This document shows, piece by piece, positions 1-10,435 of a stretch of DNA of 32,168 bases (position 1 is its first letter; each line of letters opens with the position of its first letter). The position numbers and the translations under genes are program-made. The notes under the pieces were generated by a model, which was given only the letters and a program-made list of their open reading frames with translations, was not told the origin of the DNA and searched no databases. Origin of the DNA: Desulfobacterales bacterium (GTDB lineage Bacteria; Desulfobacterota; Desulfobacteria; Desulfobacterales; UBA5616); contig JAWODC010000052.1 of NCBI GenBank assembly GCA_046483495.1, forward strand, positions 1-32,168. The letters are read 5' to 3'.

Positions 1-203
1 TCCCCATCGACGAATTAAAGGCGGTAATGGCCCATGAGATGGCCCATGCGCGGTACAAGCACCTTTTGTTTTATATTCTTTTTTTCCTGGGATTCGCAGT
101 ATGCCGGGCCTGCAGCAGGCGTTCCACCGCCGGGCTGACCTCTCCCGGCAACGCGCGCCGGCGCCCCGCGAGCAGGTCGAGACTGGCGTGCACCTCCCTT
201 TGA
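1..203 (+). pseudogene. Fragment of an M48 (HtpX/Ste24) zinc metallopeptidase, 5'-partial and truncated after about nt 100
   Basis: The frame from nt 3 reads PIDELKAVMAHEMAHARYKHLLFYILFFLGFAV: an HExxH motif in M48 context followed by a TM helix. It then runs into unrelated GC-rich sequence and stops at 201-203 without the downstream third zinc ligand region. Confidence 0.7.
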
Positions 204-232
204 TGCGACCCCGTATTCTCAGTTTTATGGTT

Positions 233-350
<118 letters not shown>

Positions 351-364
351 TTTCTTTATATGAG

Positions 365-420
365 ACCCGGGCCTGATATATATACGATATATATACAATT
401 AGGTTCCGGGTTTTTTATTT
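365..420 (+). terminator. Rho-independent terminator after 5S rRNA
   Basis: Imperfect stem ACCCGGGCCTGAT / ATTAGGTTCCGGGT around an AT-rich inner palindrome, followed by TTTTTATTT. Confidence 0.8.
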
Positions 421-435
421 ACGGACAACTTGCGA

Positions 436-520
436 CATGTCTTTTCCCCCACCGGAGGGGAAAGACCGGGATGGAAAAGCTTTCCTGTCCGCACCCATAA
501 CCCATAACCTCTAACCCAAG
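436..520. repeat. Degenerate solo copy of the REP-like terminal repeat plus a 7-bp tandem array
   Basis: 436-474 matches 19409-19447 at 31/39 nt, ungapped. 493-520 reads ACCCATA ACCCATA ACCTCTA ACCCAAG. Confidence 0.75.
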
Positions 521-576
521 TCCAAAAAGGATTTTTTACCCGAACTTTACGATTCACGAATAAGCCCGGAGAAATC

Positions 577-1359
577 ATGCAAACGGAAACCGTCATCCGA
601 CACATTGTATCGTGGCTCGACGATTACTGCCGGACATCAGGAATGAACGGATTTGTCGTCGGCGTATCCGGAGGGATCGATTCGGCGGTGGTGTCTACCC
701 TGTGCGCCCGGACGGAAAGAGCTGTTCTGGCGATGAACATGCCGATTTACCAATCATCCCGACAGGAAACCCTTTCAGATCGTCATATCGGTGATTTGAA
801 AAAGCGCTATTCAAATGTAGAAAGGGTAAAAATAGATCTGACAAAAGTGGTGCAATCCCTCGAACATGTATTGCCGAAGGGTATTCAGGACGGCCTGACC
901 ATGGCGAATATGCGGTCACGAATCCGGATGGTGACACTGTATGCCTTTGCCGGGCACCATCGCATGCTGGTGGTTGGAACCGGGAATAAGGTGGAGGATT
1001 TCGGCGTCGGATTTTTTACGAAATACGGCGACGGCGGCGTCGATATTTCGCCTATCGGCGATTTGTATAAAAGCGAGGTGTACGAACTTGGAAGAACGCT
1101 TGGTGTAGACCGGGATATCCTGAATGTTGCGCCGACAGACGGTCTCTGGATGGACAATCGAACCGATGAAAGCCAGATCGGCGCTTCCTATGAAGAATTG
1201 GAATGGGCCATGAAAGTGGATCGGCACGCCACCCGGGAGGAAAACCTGTCCGACAGGCAAAAAGAGGTGCTGGAAATCTACCGGAACTTCAATGAGACCA
1301 ATCGGCATAAAATGGAACCCGTCCCCGTCTGCCATATCCCGGAGGCATTTCGACGATAG
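577..1359 (+). CDS. nadE: NH3-dependent NAD+ synthetase
   Basis: 260 aa with GVSGGIDS PP-loop, NMRSRIRM, GTGNKVE, FFTKYGDGGVD and PTDGLW motifs; no glutaminase domain; GGAGA RBS. Confidence 0.95.
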   Translation: MQTETVIRHIVSWLDDYCRTSGMNGFVVGVSGGIDSAVVSTLCARTERAVLAMNMPIYQSSRQETLSDRHIGDLKKRYSNVERVKIDLTKVVQSLEHVLPKGIQDGLTMANMRSRIRMVTLYAFAGHHRMLVVGTGNKVEDFGVGFFTKYGDGGVDISPIGDLYKSEVYELGRTLGVDRDILNVAPTDGLWMDNRTDESQIGASYEELEWAMKVDRHATREENLSDRQKEVLEIYRNFNETNRHKMEPVPVCHIPEAFRR

Positions 1360-1363
1360 TCCA

Positions 1364-2164
1364 TTACCGAAACTTCGGCGGCCTCTTCTCGAGAAAAGCG
1401 GCAACAGCCTCCTTGTGTTCGGGGGTCGTAAAACAATACTCGATGAGATCATGTTCCCGCCTCGCGGCCATCCTGAAATCCGGTTCGCAAGCGTTTTGCG
1501 TGATGAGCTGTTTGATCAGGCGAAGCTGGGGAACGGGATTTTCGGCGATTCCTTCAGCAATTTTATAAGCGGTTTCCATTAGGGCTTCATGCGGCGTAAT
1601 ATGATCCGCCAAACCGATGTCAAAAGCTTCCTTTGCACCGTATAGTCTTCCTGAGAGACACATTTCACTTGCTTTTCCAAATCCCGTACGCTGAACAAGG
1701 AAATGCGTGCTGGCGAGTTCGGGCACCAGCCCCATTTTGATAAAAAACATGCCGAATCGCGCGAGCTCCGAGGCTACAATAATGTCAAAAGGCAGAATTT
1801 GCGTCAGGCCGATGCCCACAGAGGCGCCGTTAACCGCCGCAATGAGGGGTTTGGATTCCCTGACCAGGCCGACCCAGTCTCTCGGTGCTTCTTTTTCCGC
1901 TGAACCCTCATCCTCCTCAGCCTGGGGATTTTCACCATCAATCTGTTTTTTCAGGGTATCCGTCATGTCCGCGCCGGCACAGAATCCCTTGCCGGCTCCC
2001 GTCATGAGGATCGCTCCGACAGATGGATCTTCATTTGATGATTCAATGGCATGTATCAGTTCCCGCTGCATGCGATAGGTCCAGGCATTTCGTTTTTCAG
2101 GGCGGTTAAGCGTGATCATTTCCACCTGATTGTTTCGTTCGACGATAATCTGTTCATATTTCAT
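1364..2164 (-). CDS. Enoyl-CoA hydratase/isomerase (crotonase) family protein
   Basis: ITLNRPEKRNA, GFCAGADM, KPLIAAVNGASVGIG, GLVPE and EAVAAFLEKRPPKF motifs. Start moved to ATG 2164 (MKYEQII), which follows a GGGAGA RBS. Confidence 0.92.
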   Translation of the reverse strand: MKYEQIIVERNNQVEMITLNRPEKRNAWTYRMQRELIHAIESSNEDPSVGAILMTGAGKGFCAGADMTDTLKKQIDGENPQAEEDEGSAEKEAPRDWVGLVRESKPLIAAVNGASVGIGLTQILPFDIIVASELARFGMFFIKMGLVPELASTHFLVQRTGFGKASEMCLSGRLYGAKEAFDIGLADHITPHEALMETAYKIAEGIAENPVPQLRLIKQLITQNACEPDFRMAARREHDLIEYCFTTPEHKEAVAAFLEKRPPKFR

Positions 2165-2279
2165 GTGATTCTCCCTTGGAGATTTGGTTGGAGGCCGGGT
2201 ATTCCTGCGGTTAACATTTTCCGGCCGTCTTGAAATGAAGCAAATTTTCTCGTTTCCGGACGGACTAAATGGGTGCAAC

Positions 2280-3179
2280 TCACGCGTTTTTTTCAGCGGC
2301 TCTCCGAATAAGCAGCTGCGCCAAACGAATTAATTTTTCATGGGAAAAACTTCTAAACAGCCCGTACCGATGCATGGCGTCTGCCAAATCGGATTCCACC
2401 CGGCGGCTGGATGATCGCTGCATTTTCTCCAGAATATCGGCCTTTAAGCGATGCATGCATGAAATCGCCCGGTCAAAGAACTGCGTCGTATTGCGGTGGC
2501 CGTCGATATATACATTGTGCCCTAACCCCAGGTGAGCGGCCTGAAATGATTGTAATTTCTCCAGGGTTTCGATCGATCTCCGAAAATTATGGAAAAAAAG
2601 CGGCAGTATATCATCGGCCGTATTGGCATATCCGGCCGAATCCGAAATCAGGAGTACATTGTCGGGTTTGATCAAAAAGCCCGTTCCGCCGGGTGCGTGA
2701 CCGGGCACCGCGACCGTTTCGATGGAAACACCCCCAAGATTGTACATGCCTTGATTTTCGAAAAATTCATCCAGCGAGACGGGGTTCGCCGCCAGGCGAA
2801 TATCCGTTTCTACAGGCACCCCGAGTGTCGACAAGTATTGTGTATACCGGTGATCCTCTTTTACAAAATTCTTCATAATGTCGGATTTTTCGAGAATACG
2901 GCCGGTATCGCGTGAGCCGCATAGATGTAAATGCGGATGCGTGTTTTTGAGACGGATCAATCCGCATACATGATCGGCGTGAGCATGGGCTGCAAAAAGA
3001 TGGGTCAGACGGGCCGCGGGACAAGACGTATTGAGATCCTGTAAAATTTTAGGGGCTAACGATGAGACACCGGCCTCGATAAGGACGGCATTGCTTTGGC
3101 CGGTGACAAGAAACGAAGGGAATTCATTAATGCCAAGGATCCAGGTGTTTGCAGTCCACTTCAGGGGATAAATGTTCAT
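2280..3179 (-). CDS. MBL-fold metallo-hydrolase
   Basis: HAHADH (HxHxDH), PGHAPG, SDS and LGH metal-ligand motifs. Start uncertain (3179 versus 3251). Confidence 0.85.
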   Translation of the reverse strand: MNIYPLKWTANTWILGINEFPSFLVTGQSNAVLIEAGVSSLAPKILQDLNTSCPAARLTHLFAAHAHADHVCGLIRLKNTHPHLHLCGSRDTGRILEKSDIMKNFVKEDHRYTQYLSTLGVPVETDIRLAANPVSLDEFFENQGMYNLGGVSIETVAVPGHAPGGTGFLIKPDNVLLISDSAGYANTADDILPLFFHNFRRSIETLEKLQSFQAAHLGLGHNVYIDGHRNTTQFFDRAISCMHRLKADILEKMQRSSSRRVESDLADAMHRYGLFRSFSHEKLIRLAQLLIRRAAEKNA

Positions 3180-3501
3180 AAGCGGTCGCAGCAGGTAAAT
3201 CGGTTGTGTTATAAGAATTCGGTTTATTGTATCGCATAAAATAAACATCATCTATCCGGCCCTTGTCAAAGTTTTTTTTCCGGGTTTCCCCTATCCCGCT
3301 TCCTTTTTTCATTGAATGTTTTGTCCATTACAGGTATGTTGAGTTGAGTTTACATTCTGATCCATTTCACTCCTCTTCGGCCGGCATTTCAAGAGTGCCG
3401 TATCCGCTTACTTGATTTATTTAAATTGACAAGATTTTTAATATGTTATATGGGAAATCACCGTCTTTTTTCTTACAAACCATCAGAAGGAGGCCTTTGA
3501 C

Positions 3502-3939
3502 ATGTTGGATTACAAGAAAATCTTATTCCCGATTGACCTTTCCGAAACATCCGTGAAGATTTTTCCCCATGTTGAAACAGTGGCAGATAAATTCGGCGCC
3601 GAAATCATTTTGATATTCGTGGCAAAGGTTCATGAATACTATGTAGAGGATGAAAAAGAACCCGGTGAAAGCATCAGGAAAAAAGTCAAATCTTATAGAG
3701 ATAAACATTTTCCGACCATTCCGGAAAATCGTGTTGTGATAAAAGATGGCGAAGCTGCAGATGAAATTTTGAGCTACATCGAAAGTGCAGGCATCGACAT
3801 GGTCATTATGGCGACTCGGGGGAGAAAAGCTTTGGATAAGGCCATATTCGGATCGGTTGCCGCGAATGTGGCACGAAGTGCACCGGTTCCCGTATTTTTT
3901 GTCAACCCTTTCACCGACAAATTTCTGAAGGCTAAATAA
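3502..3939 (+). CDS. Universal stress protein (single UspA domain)
   Basis: KKILFPIDLS, DMVIMATRG and IFGSVAANV..APVPV motifs; AAGGAGG RBS. Confidence 0.93.
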   Translation: MLDYKKILFPIDLSETSVKIFPHVETVADKFGAEIILIFVAKVHEYYVEDEKEPGESIRKKVKSYRDKHFPTIPENRVVIKDGEAADEILSYIESAGIDMVIMATRGRKALDKAIFGSVAANVARSAPVPVFFVNPFTDKFLKAK

Positions 3940-3977
3940 GGAAGCAAAACCCCTCCGCAATTCTTTTTCCATTCCGG

Positions 3978-4021
3978 AAAATCCATTCATGTACACGTCA
4001 CTTGTGCATGAATGGATTTTT
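3978..4021 (+). terminator. Hairpin terminator after the usp gene
   Basis: Stem AAAATCCATTCATGTACA / TGTGCATGAATGGATTTT (one G-U pair) ending in a T run. Confidence 0.7.
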
Positions 4022-4109
4022 ACGTGCCGCCTGAGTGGCTTTCCTTATGAAAACAAGCACCGGCATCTTTTTTCGATGCATCGGCACCCATTTTTTTTTG
4101 TCGATCTTC

Positions 4110-4157
4110 TTGAAATGGCGGGAAAGGAGTGCTATAGAAAAAAGTGAACGTCCGTTC
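4110..4157 (+). promoter_or_regulatory. Sigma-70 promoter for the SDR gene with a downstream palindromic operator
   Basis: TTGAAA-17 nt-TATAGA with an extended TG; palindrome GAACG-tc-CGTTC at 4146-4157. Confidence 0.55.
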
Positions 4158-4270
4158 GGAAAACACCTGCCTGTACCGGTCCGTTACACATTGGAATGCA
4201 CCGGAGCCGGCAGATCATCTTTCGTACGTAATGTTAACCCCAAAAACGCGTTTCAAAAGGAGGTTTTTCC

Positions 4271-5095
4271 ATGGAAAAAATGTTGAAAGACAGAGTTGCG
4301 ATCATTACGGGATCAGGTAGAGGTATCGGCAAGGCCGCCGCTCTCCTGTTTGCACAGGAAGGAGCGAAAGTGGTGGTGAGCGATATCGATCCCGCACCTG
4401 CGGAAGAAACTGTTGAGGAAATCAAGAAAGCCGGCGGAGAGGCTGTTGCGTATAACGGTGACGCCACCCCCGACGATTTCGCCGAGGGCATCGTGAAAGC
4501 GGCGGTAGATGCATTCGGAGGACTTCATATTATCGTGAACAATGCCGGTTATACGTGGGACGCGGTCGTCCATAAGATGACGGACAAACAATGGGAAGCC
4601 ATGATGAACATCCATTTGAAGGCCCCGTTCAGAATCATCAGGGCCGCCGCGCCTTATTTCAGAGATGCCGCCAAAAAAGAAATGGAGCAAGGTACCGGTC
4701 CCATTGCCAGGAAGATCGTGAACATCTCCTCGACGTCGGGTGTAAACGGCAATGCCGGACAGGCAAACTATTCATCAGGCAAGGCCGGGATCATTGGATT
4801 GACGAAAACCATCGCCAAGGAATGGGGGCGTTTCAATGTCCAGTCCAATGCGGTGGCTTATGGATGGGTGGACACCCGTCTCACCAAGGCCAAAGAGGAA
4901 ACCGAGGCGCTTGAACGCGCCGGCGAGAAGGTTTCCATCGGTGTCCCCGGCCAGCAGCGTGAGATGATGAAAATGATGATCCCGCTGGGAAGACCGGGTA
5001 CGCCGGAAGAAGGGGCCGGTGTTATTCTTTTCCTGGCCTCTCCGCTATCCAATTACGTATCCGGCCAGTGCATCGTAATGAACGGCGGGCAGTAA
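4271..5095 (+). CDS. Short-chain dehydrogenase/reductase, FabG-like 3-oxoacyl-CoA/ACP reductase
   Basis: TGSGRGIG, NNAG, NISS and YSSGK catalytic motif. An Asp after beta-2 (VVSD) suggests NAD(H). AAGGAGG RBS. Confidence 0.92.
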   Translation: MEKMLKDRVAIITGSGRGIGKAAALLFAQEGAKVVVSDIDPAPAEETVEEIKKAGGEAVAYNGDATPDDFAEGIVKAAVDAFGGLHIIVNNAGYTWDAVVHKMTDKQWEAMMNIHLKAPFRIIRAAAPYFRDAAKKEMEQGTGPIARKIVNISSTSGVNGNAGQANYSSGKAGIIGLTKTIAKEWGRFNVQSNAVAYGWVDTRLTKAKEETEALERAGEKVSIGVPGQQREMMKMMIPLGRPGTPEEGAGVILFLASPLSNYVSGQCIVMNGGQ

Positions 5096-5108
5096 TCCGG
5101 CTGTAAAT

Positions 5109-5138
5109 AAAAGCGCCCGATCCACTTGGGCGCTTTTT
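5109..5138. terminator. Rho-independent terminator, possibly bidirectional
   Basis: AAAAGCGCCC-loop-GGGCGCTTTTT, 13 nt after the SDR stop codon. Confidence 0.8.
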
Positions 5139-5198
5139 CCATTTCTTGCCTTACTCCTGTGTGCGGAGCCTACCCAAGCGAAAGGGCAAACAATTTCG

Positions 5199-6611
5199 AT
5201 GGAGAACCGTATTGCCAAACAGTTGGATCCGATTTTCAAGGCCCGGTCCGTAGCCTTTATCGGCGCGTCCTCCACTCCGGGAAAATGGGGATACCGGGTG
5301 ATCGAGAACGCCATTCGATCAGGCTACAGGGGAAATATCTACCCGATAAATCCCGGCGGAGGCGATCTGTTCGGCATAAAGGTCTATAAAGACGTCAATG
5401 ATGTGCCGGGTGATATCGATTTGGCGGTTTTTACCGTGCTTGCTGAACGGGTGCCTGCTGCAATGACGAGTTGCGTAAAAAAAGGCATCAAAGGTGCGGT
5501 CGTCATATCCGCCGATTTTGCCGAGACCGGTAAAAAAGGAAAGGCCCTGGAAGCCGAAACGGTCCGGATCGCAAAGGGCGGAGGACTGCGGTTTATCGGA
5601 CCCAACGGTATGGGGCTGTTTACAGCGGCGGCAAAATTGAATATTGCACTCGATGATGAACCTCTGCACGGCCACCTGGCATTTATTTCCCAAAGCGGGA
5701 CTTACGGCGGCAATCTTGCACGGGCGGCGAAAACGAAGGGTTATGGTCTGCGGACGTTTATCAGTCTTGGAAACCAGGCGGACATAACCGTCTCAGAGCT
5801 GCTGGAATATTTATTGCACGACCCGGAGACAAGGGTGGTCGTCCTCTATTTGGAGGGGGTCCGGCAGGGAAGAGAATTCTTCGAAGCAGCACGACGAATC
5901 ACCCGTGTAAAACCCGTTCTCGTCTACAAAGGCGGGCGTTCAGAAGAGGGTTCCAGGGCCACGATGTCCCATACCGCCTCCATCGCCGGTTCTGATCATA
6001 TTTTTGACGCGATGTGCCGGCAGGCCGGCCTTATTCGCGTTAATGAAATCGAGCACCTGTTTATTATGGCGGAAGCCATGCTTGAGCAGCCCCCGGCGAA
6101 TGGAAATCGGGTTGGAATTGTCGGAAGCGGCGGCCAGGGGGTTGTGGCCGTGGATTCATGTGCGGGATACGGCCTTCGGATTCCTCGCCTTGCGGATGCC
6201 GACGGTATGCGTATCAAGTCGATACTTCCGCCTCATGCGCCTGTCCCTAAAAACCCGGTGGACTTTGCCGGCGGCAGCCGGAGTGCTCTCGAGGAAGCGC
6301 GAGTGGTGCAAGAACTGATTCAATTGCCCTACATTGACGGCGTTATCTGCAACTTGCCGGTGAATGCGTTTTTGAGTGCATCGTTCGGCGAACAGACCCG
6401 GATTGCTGTTGAAGGGGCCGAACTGCTGGCCGGCCTTCCGAAAACGTATGGAAAACCCATTGTGACCATGAAGTTCCGGGGCCTGGATAACAGCGTGATC
6501 GACATCATCGCCCAAAGTGGCGGAATTCCTATATACACCACACCTGAAGACTGCGCCAGGGCCTTTTACGGACTGGTAAAATATGGAGAAATTCTCAAAA
6601 GACAGGTGTAA
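5199..6611 (+). CDS. Acyl-CoA synthetase (NDP-forming) alpha subunit / CoA-binding protein
   Basis: SVAFIGAS, IYPINP, IGPNGMG, FISQSG, SLGNQAD, phospho-His motif SHTASIAG and NPVD. 470 aa with no ATP-grasp domain. Confidence 0.9.
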   Translation: MENRIAKQLDPIFKARSVAFIGASSTPGKWGYRVIENAIRSGYRGNIYPINPGGGDLFGIKVYKDVNDVPGDIDLAVFTVLAERVPAAMTSCVKKGIKGAVVISADFAETGKKGKALEAETVRIAKGGGLRFIGPNGMGLFTAAAKLNIALDDEPLHGHLAFISQSGTYGGNLARAAKTKGYGLRTFISLGNQADITVSELLEYLLHDPETRVVVLYLEGVRQGREFFEAARRITRVKPVLVYKGGRSEEGSRATMSHTASIAGSDHIFDAMCRQAGLIRVNEIEHLFIMAEAMLEQPPANGNRVGIVGSGGQGVVAVDSCAGYGLRIPRLADADGMRIKSILPPHAPVPKNPVDFAGGSRSALEEARVVQELIQLPYIDGVICNLPVNAFLSASFGEQTRIAVEGAELLAGLPKTYGKPIVTMKFRGLDNSVIDIIAQSGGIPIYTTPEDCARAFYGLVKYGEILKRQV

Positions 6612-7143
6612 AAACGGTACATGCCGTAAAAATGGAGCTCCGGATTCCCTCCCTATAATTTTCTTGCATATCCTGAAAATTTGATGTTAGAGTTTTTCAA
6701 ACGATTCATTACGTAAAAGAACCGGCAAATGCAAGATGCCGGCAGGATTGAAACGGCGGAAGGAAACCCCTGAAGCTGTTTTGCGCTGATTCTTGAAGAA
6801 TCGAATGAAATTGGCGGATGGAAAATCCCACCGCTGATGGGCGCTTTATATCGGTGAAATCGGCAAATCCCGAGAAGCCGTTTTTTTTAAGGTGAATCCC
6901 CGGATGAATATCGATTCGGTTTAATGCTTTCAGGCCGTCATCGCATTCCGGAGAACCTTCAAAAATACGGACGCGATTATCGCACCCTTGTATGTCGGTG
7001 TTGGTTGACGATTCCGGCATTGAATCATACCGCAATTTCTTTCGTGTTCTTCATACGATCCACCTTCTCGCAAGGTCCGACGACAGGATCTCATCGGCGC
7101 ACATATCATCGGATAATCGGTCATCGTTAGAAAAGGAGGAAAG

Positions 7144-10100
7144 ATGAGTGTCGATGCAGACGTATACCGGCCCAAACACCATATCCGCGTAGTAACGGCT
7201 ACTTCCCTGTTCGATGGGCACGATGCCAGTATCAATATTTTCAGGCGTATGCTGCAGACTACCGGTGTTGAAGTCATACACATGGGCCATAACCGGTCCG
7301 TTCAGGAAATCGTGGATGCAGCAGTAGAGGAAGATGTTCAGGGAATCGCCATATCCAGTTATCAAGGCGGGCATATTGAATTTTTCAAATATGTAGTGGA
7401 CCTGTTGAAAGAAAAAGGCACCTCCCATATCAAGGTGTTCGGCGGTGGCGGCGGAGTAATTGTACCTGATGAAATCCGGGAGCTTGAAAACTACGGGGTG
7501 GCCAAAATTTATTCACCGGAAGACGGTACACGCATGGGCCTTCAGGGGATTATCAACCATATGGCGGCGTCAATGGATTTTTCCACCATACGCAACGACA
7601 TCGCGATTTCCGAATTGAAGTGCGAGGACAAAAAAACGGTGGGCAACGTCATTACCGCCATCGAATCGGCCAAAGCCCAAAGCAATGGGCACTTGGAGCA
7701 ACTGCGTTCGAATATATTAAAAAAGATCGGCAATCGAAGCGTTCCGGTTTTGGGGATTACCGGTACCGGCGGCGCGGGCAAATCATCCCTGATCGACGAA
7801 CTTATTTTACGCATGCTCAATGACATTAAAGGAATTCACATTGCCGTCATCAGCACGGACCCATCACGCCGCAAAACGGGCGGCGCCTTGCTGGGGGACC
7901 GCATCCGCATGAACGCCATCAACAGCCCCAGGGTGTATATGCGCTCGCTGGCCACACGGCAGTCCCATACGGAAATTCCTCAGGCGCTGGGTGAGGTCAT
8001 CGAGGTGTGCAAGGCGGCGGGATTTGATTTCATCATTGCGGAAACCGCCGGGATCGGGCAGGGGGATTCTCATATCACCGACCAGGTGGATATCTCCATG
8101 TACGTGATGACGGCCGAGTTCGGTGCGGCATCCCAGTTGGAAAAGATCGATATGCTGGATTTCGCCGATCTGGTGGTCGTGAACAAATTCGAAAAAAGAG
8201 GCGCGGAGGACGCGGTGCGCGATGTTCGGAAACAGGTTCAGCGCAACCGGAATGCATGGGACAAAAGTCCGGAAGATATGCCGGTGTTCGGGACCATCGC
8301 ATCCAAGTTCAATGATGACGGTGTTACCGCACTTTACCAGGCCATCATAAACCTTATCGATGAAAAAACCGGCATTGAATTTTGTACTGAACTGCCGAAA
8401 GTAAACAGGCGGACGTCGTCTTCGAAAACCATTATCATACCTCCGGAAAAAACACGCTATCTTTCCGAAATAGCCGATACGGTAAGGTCTTACCACAGCA
8501 GCACGGAAGAGCAGGCTCAAGCGGTTCGAAACGTCTGGCATTTGGAGGAAAGCTTAAACCATATGGATGCATCACCGGAAACATCCAATGTCACAGCGCT
8601 GATCGACCGTTTGAAAAAGGAGGTTCAGTCGGCTGAGGCGAATATCCACGACGATACAACACGGCTGTTGAAGCAGTGGGAAGACATTCATGAGAAGTAT
8701 ACGAAGGATGAATTGGTCTATTCGGTGCGTGACAGGGAAATTCGGGTGCCGCTTTATACCGAATCGCTGTCCCATCAGAAGATTCCAAAAATTTCCCTTC
8801 CCAAATTCAGCGATCCCGGTGAAATCTATCGGTGGATGAGAAGAGAAAACCTCCCGGGGTATTTTCCTTTTACAGCCGGCGTTTTTCCGTTGAAGCGGGT
8901 CGGCGAAGACCCCACCCGGATGTTCGCCGGTGAGGGCGATCCCGCCCGGACCAATGCCCGGTTCCGGATGCTTTCGCAAGATTACGAGGCCAAACGGTTG
9001 TCCACGGCATTCGATTCCGTCACCCTGTATGGGTATGACCCGGAAATTCGGCCGGATATTTACGGGAAGGTCGGCAATTCGGGTGTGAGTGTCTGCACGC
9101 TGGATGATGTGAAAGTTCTTTACAGCGGGTTCGATCTTTGTGCTCCGACGACCTCCGTTTCCATGACGATAAACGGTCCCGCCCCTATCATGCTCGCGAT
9201 GTTTATGAACACCGCGATCGATCAACAGGTTACGCGGTTTACTCAAGAAAACGGAACGCCGCCTTCAAAGAAGCAGTACCAGGCCATCCGACGGGATGTT
9301 CTAACGAATGTCAGGGGTACGGTTCAGGCGGATATACTCAAGGAAGACCAGGGTCAGAATACCTGCATATTTTCGATCGAGTTCGCCTTGAAGATGATGG
9401 GAGACATCCAGCAGTATTTCATCGATTACAATGTTCGAAACTTTTATTCGGTTTCCATTTCCGGATATCACATCGCCGAAGCGGGCGCCAACCCGATAAC
9501 CCAACTCGCTCTGACGTTGTCCAATGGGTTTACATATGTCGAATACTACCTGTCACGAGGAATGCCGATCGACAGTTTCGGACCCAATCTGTCCTTCTTC
9601 TTTTCCAATGGTATGGATCCGGAATATACGGTTATCGGCAGGGTGGCAAGGCGCATATGGTCGGTTGCCATGAGGGAGAAATACGCCGCCTCCGAACGGT
9701 CGCAGATGCTCAAGTACCATATTCAAACATCGGGAAGATCGCTGCACAGCCAGGATATTCAGTTCAATGATATCCGAACGACGCTTCAGGCACTTTGTGC
9801 GGTGTACGACAATTGCAACAGCCTTCATACCAATGCCTTTGACGAGGCCATTACCACACCGACGGAGGAATCGGTCCGCCGGGCATTGGCGATCCAGCTG
9901 ATCATCAATCGGGAATGGGGGCTTGCGAAAAATGAAAATATGAACCAGGGAAGCTTTATCGTGGAGGAATTGACGGATCTCGTGGAAGAGGCCGTCCTGA
10001 TGGAGTTTGACCGGATATCGGAACGCGGCGGCGTTTTAGGGGCCATGGAAACCGGTTACCAACGCAGTAAGATACAGGAAGAATCCGTTACCTATGAGGT

Positions 10101-10431
10101 GTTGAAGCACAACGGAACGCTGCCCATCATCGGTGTGAACACGTTCCGGGACCCGAACGCCGACAGTAATGATCTGCTGTCCGAAGGTCCGTCCTGCCTT
10201 GAATTGGCCCGGGCAACGGAGGAAGAAAAACAGTCCCAACTCAAGCGTCTGAATGAATTCCATAAGCGGCACGAAAAAGAAGCCCCGGCCGCCCTTGAAA
10301 AACTTCAAAAGGTGGTGCTGTCCGGGGGCAATATATTCGAAGAGCTGATGGAAACGGTGAAAACCTGCAGCATGGGTCAGATTACTCGGGCGCTTTATGA
10401 TGTGGGGGGGCAGTATCGGAGAAATATTTAA
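7144..10431 (+). CDS. icmF: Fused isobutyryl-CoA mutase / MeaI GTPase chaperone (AdoCbl-dependent)
   Basis: 1095 aa. N-terminal B12-binding DGHDASIN (DxHxx), MeaB-type GTPase ([28 protein letters not shown]), and mutase barrel with PTRMFAGEG carrying the ICM-type Phe. AAGGAGG RBS. Confidence 0.96.
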   Translation: MSVDADVYRPKHHIRVVTATSLFDGHDASINIFRRMLQTTGVEVIHMGHNRSVQEIVDAAVEEDVQGIAISSYQGGHIEFFKYVVDLLKEKGTSHIKVFGGGGGVIVPDEIRELENYGVAKIYSPEDGTRMGLQGIINHMAASMDFSTIRNDIAISELKCEDKKTVGNVITAIESAKAQSNGHLEQLRSNILKKIGNRSVPVLGITGTGGAGKSSLIDELILRMLNDIKGIHIAVISTDPSRRKTGGALLGDRIRMNAINSPRVYMRSLATRQSHTEIPQALGEVIEVCKAAGFDFIIAETAGIGQGDSHITDQVDISMYVMTAEFGAASQLEKIDMLDFADLVVVNKFEKRGAEDAVRDVRKQVQRNRNAWDKSPEDMPVFGTIASKFNDDGVTALYQAIINLIDEKTGIEFCTELPKVNRRTSSSKTIIIPPEKTRYLSEIADTVRSYHSSTEEQAQAVRNVWHLEESLNHMDASPETSNVTALIDRLKKEVQSAEANIHDDTTRLLKQWEDIHEKYTKDELVYSVRDREIRVPLYTESLSHQKIPKISLPKFSDPGEIYRWMRRENLPGYFPFTAGVFPLKRVGEDPTRMFAGEGDPARTNARFRMLSQDYEAKRLSTAFDSVTLYGYDPEIRPDIYGKVGNSGVSVCTLDDVKVLYSGFDLCAPTTSVSMTINGPAPIMLAMFMNTAIDQQVTRFTQENGTPPSKKQYQAIRRDVLTNVRGTVQADILKEDQGQNTCIFSIEFALKMMGDIQQYFIDYNVRNFYSVSISGYHIAEAGANPITQLALTLSNGFTYVEYYLSRGMPIDSFGPNLSFFFSNGMDPEYTVIGRVARRIWSVAMREKYAASERSQMLKYHIQTSGRSLHSQDIQFNDIRTTLQALCAVYDNCNSLHTNAFDEAITTPTEESVRRALAIQLIINREWGLAKNENMNQGSFIVEELTDLVEEAVLMEFDRISERGGVLGAMETGYQRSKIQEESVTYEVLKHNGTLPIIGVNTFRDPNADSNDLLSEGPSCLELARATEEEKQSQLKRLNEFHKRHEKEAPAALEKLQKVVLSGGNIFEELMETVKTCSMGQITRALYDVGGQYRRNI

Positions 10432-10435
10432 AAGG

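Noticed and set aside
6700..7143. Cobalamin riboswitch upstream of icmF
   Set aside because: Only fragments (GGTGAAATC, CCGGAGAACC) resemble the consensus; GCCACTG and a proper B12 box were not found. Kept only as an uncharacterised leader.
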